Positions 42,662 through 55,290 of a DNA stretch of 64,000 bases are shown here, in pieces. The stretch lies in assembly GCA_905178155.1 (NCBI GenBank), contig CAJINV010000002.1, positions 6,242,476 to 6,306,475 on the forward strand, read 5' to 3'. The notes below the pieces were generated by a model, which worked only from the letters and a program-made list of their open reading frames with translations, was not told where the DNA came from and did not search any database. How positions within the stretch are numbered: position 1 is the stretch's first letter; each line of letters starts with the position of its first letter. The DNA comes from Amoebophrya sp. A120 (taxonomy: Eukaryota > Protista > Dinoflagellata). A program made the position numbers and the translations under genes.

Positions 42662-45600
42662 TTAATAGGAAGAACTAGAAGGTTCTTCATCTTCGCTCTC
42701 CCGTGCCTGCGGCGATGCAGCATCCTCGTCGTCTTCCGGCTCTGCGATAACAAAAGAGAACTGCAGCCTGGACACTCCCTCGCCTTCCGGCAGCGCCGCA
42801 TGCAACTTCGCCGCGTAGTCAAAAAAGCTCTCAAAGGTCCGCAAATCAGCACTCACACCGTCAACCAGCTCGGTCGGCGTAAACCGCCAATACGGCGACA
42901 CCCGAGCGATCACACGGTTTTGGTCCGGAACAGCCTCATCACCATCAGCCCACCACAGAGGTAGGACCGTGGGGTCAGCGCATCCTAAAGGGTGCAAACG
43001 GTTCTTTTCTGTCTTCACGAGGGCCTGCTCGCCCGTCGGAACAGCCCGCCGCCACGGGTTGCGAGGAGTCAACTTGATCTGCAGCCCCTCCTGCTTCCCG
43101 GGCGAAGAACGGCTGGTCGCAGCACTCCCTTTTTTGTAGTAGCCCGGACCCCGGTTGCCATGCTCCTTGAAGACGAATCCCGGGCGGTCTTCGCTGCCCG
43201 CAATCGCGGGTTGAAACTCGCCTGGTTCCTCCGCCTGGTCGTCGCTGGTGCTCGATCCCGCCGCCGCGGCTGTCTGTTCGTCGAAGGAATCTGCGAGCTG
43301 CTGGGCGATGATGGGCTGTGCCAGACTGTGGACGCCGAAAATACACCCGTGCAACTGCTTTCTCAACTGCTTCCAAGGGCTCTCCTCGAAGAAGATAGCC
43401 GGGTAAGTATTGCGAAACCAGTCGATTTTCTTCACAGCGAGCTGCTTCCGCGCCTCAAGCAAAGTTGCGAACCTGAGAGAACAAGTAAGGCAGGCATCAA
43501 CATACTTAAACCACCCGGTTGATCAACACTTCACTGCTGCATGCACAATTCCTATTACAAACGGACGCAATTCATTTATTACTTATACCGCGTCACGCAA
43601 TCCACACTTTCCGGCATGCCGCTGTAGGAGATTCGCGGTGGCAACGCGCCGCACGCCTTCGCCTGCCCTAGCTGCTTCTCGCGAAGGGACAGCAAGTCCA
43701 TTCCGCTCTTGTCGTGGTCGTTCGCCGATATGAACATTCCTACGGCCTGCGGGTGAAAGGCGATCTCGTCATTCAGCAACCACTCGTCGAGCTGCTCGCA
43801 GCGACTCGACGGGATATTTTCGCGCCGTTTGTTTTCCCTCATCATCAAGTTCCGATCCCTCTCCTCGTTGTGGGGTTCGGCGCACACAGTCGACAGGCCG
43901 CCAGTCGGAACCAGGAGGTACCCCGCAATGGCACTTGCACTGTCACGCGTACTGCTTGAGGACAGCGATGGTGCCCCTGCTGCGCCAGGCATTTCCACGC
44001 AAACGTAGGCGCGCCACGGAGATCGCTTCTGCATCTCCTCGCAGCGCAGCTTCGCGACATCTTCGTAACTGGGGGCGCCGCGCTTTTCACACTCCACCGC
44101 CCCGTCGATCTCCGCTTGCGACTCTGCTGCCACGGTCGAGCGCTTCACCGACGACGCAAGCCACTCGTCGTGATCCAGCCGCAGCAGCAATGCTCGCGAA
44201 TCCCCGCATGGCACGCAACGCCAACCAAAAGTGCCACGAATGTGCCCGATTCTGACCAAATCTCCCGTGACTAACTTCTTCAACTCGGTGGTAGGGAACC
44301 CCTTAGTGCTCTTGCGACCCAAGCGGGGAATGCGGCAACGCTTTTCATCCCTCTCAAGGTTAAAATGAAGTGGCTCTAGTTGTGGCAAAAGCCGGTGGTC
44401 TGAGGGTACCCGCCCGCCTTCGCTCGGTTTCGTGTCCACCGCTGCCAGTAGGTGGCGCACGCTTCCGTCGTCCAGCAGCCAGAGCTGCAGAAGCCCGGCG
44501 GTGAGTAGATTCGCAACGACGTAACCGCCGCCACGCTTTTCCAAGTCCCTGCCTCTTGTTACGCTAGGAATCTCCACCCCGGCACCTTGGGAGGTCGTTG
44601 ACTGTGGTGCTGTTGTTGTATCGGCTTTGTCTACTGCTTTCCTTAAGTCGTGCGCAAATCGGTACATGTCGTCGTGGTTTCCTATGTCCCACTGCAAATC
44701 GATCCTGTCGCTCGTGTCCTTTTTAACGGGGAGCGGCAGAACATCCGGAAACCGAAACTTGGCCGCCATGGTTGTTTTAATAATGTCCGAATCTTCAAAC
44801 AATTGCGCCGCACTCCGCGTACTACACGACGAACCAAGGACACCAGGAGCACAGATCAAATTCTCGTAAGCGGCCGCAATCTGCGCTTCCAAAGCTTCGC
44901 GCATGTGGTGCTGCAGTTCGATATCTAGCGTTAACTTTGACCACACGGAAGGCGAGTCCGGCACCGTTTCGTCCTTGCGATACTTCGTGTTGAAATCCTT
45001 TAGATCGCTATTAATCACGATACGCTTGATGCCCTTAATTTTCTTGCTCGTCTTCCGGTACTCCCGGGTGTGGTGGAGAAATTCCTGACACCCGTGCAGG
45101 ATCGCCTGCGGCAGCTCGAAGCAGCGGTCTCCGCCCATAGTACACACCTCCACGGCAAGCCTCGGCAGAGCCGCAGCTGCAGGGATTTTCGCCGAAGCTC
45201 GCAACTGCATCCCGTACGTGCGACGAATCAGTTCCTCCATGGGAGAGATGTCGTCTACTTGGAACCGTCCGCCCAGCTCGTCCATATCGTGAAGCAAGAT
45301 GTCCACAGCGGAAGGCCGCTGCTCAAGTCTTTCCGCATAATGAAACTGGTACAATTGACCAAATTCCTCGCACAGTTTGTAAGAAGAAAGCGCTTCGTCA
45401 CGCGCCCGCGAGAGGCTCACGAAATTTGTCAGCATTTCCATCCTGGCCCTACTGCTCGCCTCGCTTTTGGAAGACGCGCCGGGAGCCACGGAATCGCCCT
45501 CGCCGTACCGCGCGTAGTAGTTTGTAACTTGGAGCTCGTAGTTCAAAACACTTTCGCGACAGGTAGTCACGAAGCCCAAGTCAAACACAAACTGGTTCTC

Positions 45601-46266
45601 GTTTACCCGATGAAACATTGGCGCTGGAGTTGCTTGTTCCACCGCACCAGCTGCACTCGAACCAGCATCGTCTTTCAGCCCCTCCTCGACCCAGATTTTT
45701 CCTGCTGCAACTCCGTCCGGAGACTTGCTTGACTGCCGTTGCGACTCGTTTTCTCTCTTCTGCTTCTTCGCAGGCGGATTTATTTGTGGGCTCCGTTGCG
45801 CACCGCTGTCTCCTTCTAGGAGCGACGCCATCTTTTTGTTCGAGCCTGCATCGGCGGAATCCTCACCCGCCGCACGTTCCCTGAATCCATCGTCGACCAC
45901 TCCAAGCGCCGACTCCTCATACGGAGGCAGTTCCGGTTCGCTCTTGTCCAACAGTTGGTCGAAGGTTTGAAGCTTGTCCTCCTGGAAAAGCGCTTTTAGC
46001 GCGTCGAAGTTTGCACGGGTGACAATCACACCGCCGCCCCCGGCTTTCACGTCCTCCGGGAAATTTCTCCAAATTGTGCTTCGATGAACTCCTTTGCGAT
46101 CGTCTCCTACGTCCTCTGCCACTGAGACCGAGCATTCGCTCCGGGTCGGGAAAGCCGTTAAGTCAGTTAACATGTGCGTGGTTCGTTTGTGGTGATATCG
46201 GTATAGGTGTTCGTATAACTCACTGTCACTGGTGGTTCCAACTAAAAACCGGTGGAGATTGCCCAA
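42662..46266 (-). CDS. Tandem-array paralogue P4 (2 main exons; start uncertain)
   Basis: ORFs 43579-46266 and 42662-43462 carry the family motifs (NQFVFD, EVCTMGGD, LQWDIG, RGGGYVV, GWRCVP, KKIDWFR). Confidence 0.85.
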
Positions 46267-46813
46267 TCACAAACACTTTCGCGGCTTCCGTCGCCGATGG
46301 GATCTTTCCCTTTCCGATCGACGAGACCCAATGACATCCACAAGTGAAATGAGGACATCGGCGAGTATCGCTCCAGGTGACAATTCGACTTTTTCTCTAA
46401 GTAGTCAACATACCCGTTTACGCCCTCAATCACTTTAAGAGAAGGACGAAAGGTCAATTTTCACGAATTTCCGCACACACGCGCTGCCCCCGGTTTTGCA
46501 TTTACGCTTGTCTTCTAGTACTTACTCGACTACAGCATAAAAATCAGTGTATCCGCAGTGGGCGTGTGAAGAAGCAGAACCAAGTCCAAGTAAGAGCGCC
46601 GGCCAGGCCCTTTCAGTAATTTCGAGAAAATGCAAAACGAGCTGTCTTGCGGTACACAGTAGCAAGTGTTGCTTCGACTGCTCGTTGAGCGGACAAGTAG
46701 CAGGGCGGCTCTTTCTCGAACTACAACTAGTATTGTCAACAGATGGACTCCTTTTCTCTAGGCCTGTACGACCTTCGTGCTCAGCTGTCGCAAAGAAAGG
46801 CGGTGTTCATCCG

Positions 46814-49800
46814 CTAGTAGTAAAAATCGTTTCTGTAGCGGTCATTGTACTCTTCGTTCTTGCGAAATTGATTCTCCTGAAAATGGTAGTCATAGTCAGC
46901 GTTCTCTCTGTCTGCTATTGCGAGGGAAAAGTGCAACTTGCAGTAGGGCCGCTTCTTTTCGGAGGACGCGCTGTCTGGCTGTTGCAACTGCAGGATGCGG
47001 TTTTCCTGACTAGTGCTTGCGTTTTGGCTGTCTTGGTCACTGAAGCCACTAAATTCTTCCTCCTCCGATTTCGAGTCGTCCAGTTTGGCTTTCTCCAGAC
47101 AGTAGGCGTACTGGAAGAAGTTGTCGTACTGGCGCAAATCCGGATCCACGCCTGAGAGAGGCTCCCAAGGTCCGAATCGCCACAAGTACGATGGCTTTCG
47201 CAGGATGCGCTTCCGAGCCGTGTACGGCAACTCGAAAGCCGGCCCGGCGTCGGCCTGGCCTGCTTTCGCTTGCTGCGTCGAACGCCACAAATTCATTCTC
47301 ACCAACCCCGACACGGTATCCGCGAACGCCGCCAGAGGCTTCTTTTCCGCTGATTTCTTCCCGTCACCTTTCGCTCTGCCCTCTGCAACCGATCCCGTTC
47401 CTCCTTTGAGGGGAGGTCTCTGCGTAGTCACAGTTGCTTTACCAGCAAACCGGTTCCTTACGTCGTCATCCGTCATCGTCAAGGGCGCGCCCTCAACAAA
47501 CGAGTCGCCAAGCTGGCGCACGACAGTCTGCAGCCCTAGGATGTGCAGCCCGTAGTCGCAGCCCTGAAGCAAGGTGCGCAGCAGAGTCCACTGGCTTTCG
47601 CACTCCTTGTAGAAGATGACAGGAAATGTCGCACGAAACCAGTCGATCTTCTTTATCGCCAATTCTTCTCGCCGCTCCAACAATTCGGCAAACCTGCGCG
47701 GCGAAAAATTTTTCATTATTCAACTGTGCTGCATCTTCTATCTCAATAAGGCTATTCACAGAAGTTGAAACACAGCCAGTGCACAGAGCAGCAACAACAC
47801 ACAACTGAAAACATAAGTACCTCAGTGTAGTAGTGATTGATTGAGGGTCTTCAATGACGCTCAGATTCGACAACGCCTCGGTGAGGATGGCCTCTCGCAG
47901 TTTCTTCTCGCGCGACACCATCAAATTCAGACCAGACACCGAAAAGTCTTTCCGCTCAATGAACATGCCAACACTGCTGTGGAAGCCAAACTGCGGAACT
48001 CCAACCCGTCCGGGAGTGAGACTAGATATCTCCCCGTCAGGGGACCAGCGCGACTCGCCGTAGCCGAAGCCGTAGCGCTCCTCCGAGTCGTAGTTCCGGC
48101 GGTAGTCTTGTCGCTCGACGTCCGCGCGCACACGCGTGACGTTTCTCGTCGGAAGAATCGCGTATCCGACGATGCACTGGTCGTAGACGCATCCACCGCT
48201 GCTTGCACCTGGTCCAGACACTCCGTCACTGCTCCCCAACATCCTGACACACACGTAAAGGCGCCAAGGATGCTGCCGTGACACCTCGTCTCGCCGCTTC
48301 CGTGCCTTCATTTCCTCGGAACGTTGGTCCTTGTAGAGACTCAAACCAGCGTCGCACTCCACGCTAATCTTCACCGAAGGAGCTCCAATCACTTTGAGCG
48401 AGCCAGGGGCAAAGCAATCGTCCGTCAGGTGCAGTAAGAGCACTCGATCTTCTTTACCATACGGTAGGCAGCGCCATCCCAGCGCGCCGGCGCAGCAGCC
48501 GACTTGGAAAGCATATGCGACGAAAAGGTCGGCGACAGATGCTTATTTCGTTTCTGTGTCTTTACAACGGTACTACAGACGGCCGATGAAATCGAACGAT
48601 CGTGCAAAAGTTTATGACACACATATTCATATGAGGTGCCTGTGCAAAAAGAGAACTTCGCTTAGGCAAAGAGCAACTAGAAATCTATCAAACTGCGAGA
48701 CCTTGTCGAAATCGGCATTGCCATCGCGAAGAGGTACTCAAAACCTTCATCAGCATAAGAGATCGCCCGTCTTCATCTCTTTCACACTCTTTAGATCTTC
48801 GTCATCGGAAACCATCACATGCTTCGTGGTGAGGTTTATCTTTGATTTTTGCGCGCTTGTTTCCGCCACTTCCAGTTGCTCTTCTGCCGCTTGTTCTTCG
48901 GCTTCGCCATCATCTGCTGCCACAGCTTCTCCAGCACTATTGGCTTGTTCCGCAGTACCGTTCTCCCCTGTGCCGGCTTCGTCAGCACGGGTTGGGGGCT
49001 CTTCGGCCGCAGCCGCAGCCTCATCTTGTTGTACCGCAACGGCTTCCGCATCAGTGGCGGCAGCCGCTTCGACTACGGCGACTATATCGATATCGTCTGG
49101 GTCAATAATCTCGTCGTCTGAGTCGGTTAACAGAGCATTTCTCTGGAGAAGACCCCTGCGGCGCCGGCCCGCCCGCTGGCCCTGCAACTTGGCGCGTGCG
49201 GCTGCTTGCGCTGCCTCTTCCTCCTTCTTCTTCTTTTTCTGCGCGGCCACTTCCTCAGGCGTCGGAATCGTCACGATTCTTGTCATGCGTCGCACATATT
49301 CCTTGTCCAGCAGCCAGAGATGCATCAGCGCGGTCGTCAGCAGACTGCCCACCGCGAACCCGCCCGCCCGCTGCGCAGCGTCTTTCAGGCGCCGTTCTGA
49401 ACGAGACTTTTTTGCCGCTTCCAGCTCGTCACGCACTTTGCTCATATTATCGGCTCCTGCTTCCTTCAGCAGCTGCAGCTCGTCGAGCAACCCGTCACCT
49501 CCAATCAAAGAGGTTTTTTCCTCAAACTGCGTCACATCCCCGACGACATTGTTCACGAAGATGGCGATTAGCTCGTATGGAACGTCCCACAAAAGATCCA
49601 AATCAGGATCGCTGCCTCGCTTCTGGGACGCTTCCGGCACCGGCAAAACGTCGCAAAAGTTGCGCTGTCGTCCAGCTGCAGCTGCGGTCACACCGGATGG
49701 CTGAGACAAACTCGATGACGAGGTGCCTCCCGATGCTGCTGAACTGGTTCCAGTTTTGACGGTCAAACACGACGACCCCACGGCCACGCTGGCAGGATCA

Positions 49801-51116
49801 CCGTACAGGAGCTTCTCGTACAGAGCGGCTAGCTTCTTTTCGACGTCCAATCGTAGCACGCGCTGCAAATCCACGTCCAGCGTCGTTCTGTTTTTGCTTT
49901 TCAAGTCCGGTCGGTTGGGGTAGGAGGTATTGTACTCATGTAGCGGCAGTTTCTTGGGTTCCAGCTTATCCCACGTGTGTGCGAGGGGTCCTTTTGGGAC
50001 GACATTCCGTGCACTCTCGATGAATTTCGCCGACGTCGCCGGAACGGATTGCTCTGTACACATGATTACGTCCCCACCCAGCATGGAAACTTCAACGGTC
50101 AGCACGGGCAAGAAGCGCTGCGACGCTTCCTGGACATGCAGATCGTGAACCCGCGTCAAACGGGCACGAAGACTGTCTGTCGCGTGACCGATGTAGCTAT
50201 TCAAACGGTTGATCACTTCCCCGTAAGCTTTCACCGCCGCAAAGCGCCGCTTGTGCGCCTCGGTCAAGTGGTAGTATGCCTCCCCAGTGAAGTCCATTGC
50301 CTCCAGAACATCCACGCCCGCGTACGCCCGCTCGTTCAGCCGAGACATCTCTTGGAAGTCGACCGTACCCTCCTGTGCGCACGGAAGCAGGGAAGAAGCG
50401 TTCTGCCCTGACGTCTTCTGCTTAGCAACTGCTGCCAGCTGCTTCTGCATGTCCCCGTGCCCCTTTTCGTACTCCAGAACGAATTTTTGCACTCGCTGTA
50501 CAAACTCGCAGTCGAAGACGAACTGGCTGTTCCGGAGCGGGAAAAACTTCGGGGAATGAGCAGGTGCAGCCTGTGCCGCAAGACTTGATTTACAACCTTT
50601 TTCGACATCACATGGCTCTGCTGTAGTCGTCCCAGCAGCTGTAGTTGCGTCTTTCATATCGACGTCAGTGTTGTTGACTTCCGAGGCATCTCCTATCGCG
50701 TTCTTGGGCCGCATTGCCGTCGAAGCTGAAACTGCGATTTTTCTCCGCTTCGCGGCAGCTTCTTCCTCGACGTCGTCACTCTGGCTCGTACGTCTCTCTA
50801 CTGCACTCGAACTGTCCGCGCTGTCTTGTTCCCCGTCGTCGCTTGGATCCGGATCCTCGCCCTCCTTGAAGAAGCCGACTTCGAGTCCGAAGTCCCGCAC
50901 GTCGAAACTTGGTAATGCGGTTTCGGTTTTCCCCAGCAGCTGCTCGAAACTTTCCAACTTGCCTTCCTTTACAAGCTTCGTAAGCTCGTCGAAATTGTCC
51001 TTCGTTATGATCACGCCACCGTCCGTTCCCATGTTCGGCGGCAGGCGGCGCAGAAAACTTTCCTGCGCCGCAGGAATCGCGGCACCGCAACTGCCGACGT
51101 CAACGGCCGCACTCAT
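46814..51116 (-). CDS. Tandem-array paralogue P5 (3 exons)
   Basis: ATG at 51116 (MSAAVDV...FLRRLP). ORFs 48750-51275, 47493-~48510 and 46814-47716 carry the family motifs. Confidence 0.85.
48514..48757. mobile_element. Decayed TAT...ATA introner in P5
   Basis: Termini tatgcgacgaaaaggt / accttcatcagcata. Removing the element plus 5 nt rebuilds the conserved KTGDLFQVGCCAGALGWRC motif. Confidence 0.65.
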
Positions 51117-51342
51117 GATGACTTTCAGCGTTCTACGAGTTGTACTTGGTGTGGCCTTTGCAACCTTCTGCTTCAGAAAACAACAGCTAGGACCGCTTGC
51201 ACATGCTTGCTTTCTAGGTAGGACGCGACACTTACAACTCATACGGAAATCGAAAAACGCTGCTGGCGCGCGCACGGGCGTCTTCTATTTTCCTCGCAAC
51301 GCAGCCACGAAACTGGCGCCAACAGCAGCCTCAGGATCGGTC

Positions 51343-51411
51343 ATGAAATGAAATGAAATGAAATGAAATGAAATGAAATGAAATGAAATGAACGGAAATG
51401 AAATGAAATGA
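51343..51411. repeat. (ATGAA)n pentanucleotide microsatellite upstream of P5
   Basis: About 13 units with one interruption. Confidence 0.95.
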
Positions 51412-52025
51412 GGTACTCGCGTTTTATTCCCCTCGAACTTCTTTGAGGCAGAGTTGTATGTAAAGAGGATGAGTCTGAGAAACACAATATGGAAAAAAGT
51501 GAAACGCGTCGGTCGAGACACCGCTGAAGCTGAAGGTCCGTCGACCATGAAAGTAAAACCTAAACAGCTGTTACACCAGCGATATTTGTCCCAAAATTCT
51601 CAGACTCACAATATCTGTTCTTTGCACCCGCTACCACTTTCTGCGATTTTACCAGAAGTGCGAGCGCCCTTTGCGGTACTTGCAACGACTATTTCGCAAC
51701 AAGCGAGTTTCTGTAGTTTAAACGGAACTCGAAAGCGACATCTATCCAGTATCCCAATGGGACCATCTCCATCTCGGTCATATGGATGAGAAACTCTAGT
51801 AAGTGAGAAACAACACAAGCAAAAGCATTGACATCCGCATAATGCCACCACGCTCTGTACACCTTCTCCATGACATCGAAAATCATTCATTCTAAATGAC
51901 GCGCATCATTACTTTATCCTCCTCAGTGCCTGAGTCAATCAATGACACAGGAAAAAAAAACGATGACAGTGTCAGTCTCAGTCAGACTGAGAATCAGTCT
52001 TGTTCAAAAATGAACATAATACAAT

Positions 52026-55000
52026 TCATCCAAATTCGATCTCGTTAAGATCGTCATCGTTGAGGAAATTCGGATACGAGAGGCGACCTCTTTGTAGGGA
52101 AGAAGGATAATCCGGCATACCGCCGAGGCAAAACTCCGCAGCCGGATACTTCGGCACGTCCTTTTCGTCTTCCGCAGCGATGACAAGAGAAAACTGTACG
52201 TGGATTTTCTCCGACCGCTCTGCATCTCTTTCCCGAGCGTCCATACCTTCACAGTGCGAGACGGCCGGCGAACTTTCTCGTTTCTTCTCCTTCATCTTTT
52301 CCACGTACTCCATAACGTTCGTGTAAGTTGTCAAATCGGTCTCCAGGCCGGGAATCAACTCTACTGGACAAAAGCGCCATTTTTGCGAGACGCGGCTGAT
52401 GATGTCCACCGTCCTTGGATTCCACCGTCCTTGGTGCTCGCCCCATGGATTTTTGTCCGAGTCAGCGTCCTCTTCTCGACCATTAGCAGCTCCCGCCGAT
52501 TGTTCCTCCTCATCTTCTTTCCCGGTGGTGGGCCCCACTTCCTCCACTTCGTCCGCCGCCTCGGCCTGGTCCTCGTCAAAGCCCACCTCGCTTTCCTCAC
52601 TATCTGTGCCGGACTCTGTCCCTTCTCCCGTGAGCAAAGTTGGTCGACGGTTGAACATAGGTGAACGCCCGGCTTTTTTGGCTTTTCGGGCAGTGTATCG
52701 AACGTAGCTCTTTTGTAACAAGTCACCGATGGCCTTTTTGGCACATGAAAGTAGTGAGTACTCGCAACCCCGTGTCAGTTGGCGGAGAAGGCCAAAGTCA
52801 CGATTCAGCTCTGGGTACGTGCTGTTTAGCCAGCTGATACTCTTCATCGCAAACGCCTCTCGCTGATCTATCATCTCCGAGAGCCTGTGTTAGAAGATAT
52901 AATTCCATGATTTTTCGCAATCGAAAAGTGCACTCATCATTCCAGGCCAGGACGATTGAAGATAGAAAATATGGATCTTACACAAGAACTGAGAAACATC
53001 GAGAATACCACTTGGTGTGACGACTGCTCATCGCAATGCTGGACTTCTGAACGCCGTCAGTCCACATTACACGACTTTCGCGTAGGGCTAAAAGATCTAA
53101 ACCAGACATCTTCTCAGCAGGATCAATCCACATTCCGAGCGGACTATCGTCCGGGGCAAAGGTGACAACGCCTTTGTGCCCTAAATCGTAGACGTCCATT
53201 CCACCGTCTTCGTCGAAAAAGAAGGACTTGTACTCTTCCAGAGTCAGCTCCGCATCAGGGTGTCGCTGGATTGCTGCTGCAGGAAGGAGAAGGTATCCGA
53301 CGATGGAGTCCCTTCGGGCCTGAGCCACGCCTTTCCTGCCAGTACTGGAAGAACTCGTGCTCGCGCCGAAATTACCATTGTTTGGCAACACCACGCATGC
53401 GTAGATCCGCAATGCTGGATGTTGACTTGGAGGGACGCAGCGGCCACCTTCGACCAGCAAGGATCCGGCCTTCAGGTTCCACGACAAATTCAGCAAAATC
53501 GCCCTATTATTCTCGCCCCAAGGGATCACCCGCCAACCAAAAGCTCCACGGATCCCGCCCACCTCAAAGATGTCTCCAGTACGAAGGGGTGGCAGTTTCC
53601 CGGTTCGCCACTCAGGAGCCTCTGGGTCCAGCGTTTTTATCTTTTCTCCGTGCAGTCGTGCAAGTTGTCGCTCTGACGCGCTCGCACATCGACGATCGAG
53701 GTCCCGCGCATCTTTTTCCTCAATGTCCTCAGTGCGCGCCAGCATGCGCGGAACCCAGGCGCTGCGCAATGTGTCCAGATCGACCAGCCACAGCCGAAGC
53801 AACCCGGAGGTCAGCAAAGCCGCCGCCACTGTGCCACCCCCGCGCTCGCCGATGTCCTGTGCACACGCGTCCTGAGGCAAGCTGCCGTATGATAATTCCT
53901 CTGTTGGACTGAGAAACTCGCTCAACTGGGCGCCCCCTGCCGCCGGAAATTTCACGTCTACGTCGTCCAAAATTCCGGAAAAGAAAGCCCGAATGGCCTC
54001 GCCGGGAATGTCCACGCAGGAGCCGCACCGGTCCCGTTCGCTGTCTATCAAAACAGCAGCGAGCGAAAGGGTATCGCCAAATTTGTCGACAAAATTACCA
54101 CACATCTTGAGGAAAATCGATCGCAGTCTCGCCTCTGTAAAACGTCTGGTCCAATGCTGGAGATGCACGTGCAGGTTGAACGCGACACAATCGTACGGCC
54201 TCTCGCTAAGCTCTTCTCTGGACGATTTTTCCAGCAGAACTTGCGCAAAATCTTCGCCGACCTGATTCTTCAACCTGTTCACGTCCAGACTGGCGCAGAA
54301 GTCTAAGCACGCCCCTTCCTTCAACTGCCAGACACGGTCGCCGTTCATCGTCACTACCTCGGCTTGCACGAAGGGAGCTTGCTGCTTCCTTGCAGGGAAG
54401 GATCGTAGCAGGTATCGCCGGTAGGCATCCTCTACGTGCTTTGTCAAATACTCAACCTCTTGCGCCAACCGCTGGATCGCGCCGGTATATTCAAAAATTC
54501 CTCCCGAATACTTGTGCTGCAATCGGTCACGCCTGAAAAACTGGAGTGTTCTGCTGATGGGCTCTACCATTTCTAGGTTAAAAGACATGGATTCATCTTC
54601 CGTCTCCTGCAGCTCCTTCTCCCATCTGTTGACTTCTTCCCTCAATTCGTGCAACTCGTGAAAACGAACCAAAACATCATCCGCGCAAGTGCAATAAATG
54701 ACCGGACTGAGCAGGTGCTCAAGCGTAGCTCTTTCCGCGGCAGACAATCCGTCGTCGGTATTGGACTCTTTTGATTCAGCCTTCTTGTTGTCGTCTGTGG
54801 TGGTAACCTGCTGCACTTTGTCCTCCTCGTCTCCAGATGTACCTCCGTGCCTCCTGTTCCTAGAAGTAGAGGAAGTTCCTGTTGCTGTGTTCAAAGGCAT
54901 TTGGAGATCATTTTTTCGGCAAATATTGTCTTGTTCTATCTCCATCGCATCTCCTAATTTCAAACCGGTCCCGGTCGCACAAGCCTGCACAGAAAGCTTC

Positions 55001-55290
55001 TTGCTCGAAGAAGCCTTCTCAGAAGACGCACTTGCCACTGCCGGAATTCGCTCGGCCTTCAAGGCGCTCACAAATGTCTTCGCGTTGAACAGCGGTAACT
55101 GCTTCTCGGACATGTCGTACAGCGCTTGAAAATCAAACCCATCCTCCCGTCGCATCAACTGCTGCACGTATGCGAAATTGCTCTCCGTGACGAGCACTGC
55201 TTTCTCTGGAACTTGCCGCAAGGCCTCAGGCATCTCCAACTGCTCCACGGACTCGGACTCGCATTCATCTTCGTCTGCCTCGCTGCTGGA
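52026..55290 (-). CDS. Tandem-array paralogue P6, the most diverged copy; first exon probably lies further upstream
   Basis: ORFs 52978-55248 and 52026-52874: VLVTESNF, EVVTMNGD, RGGGTVAAALLTSGLLRLWLVD, LRTGDIFEVGGIRGAFGWRVIP, WRFCP. Confidence 0.8.
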
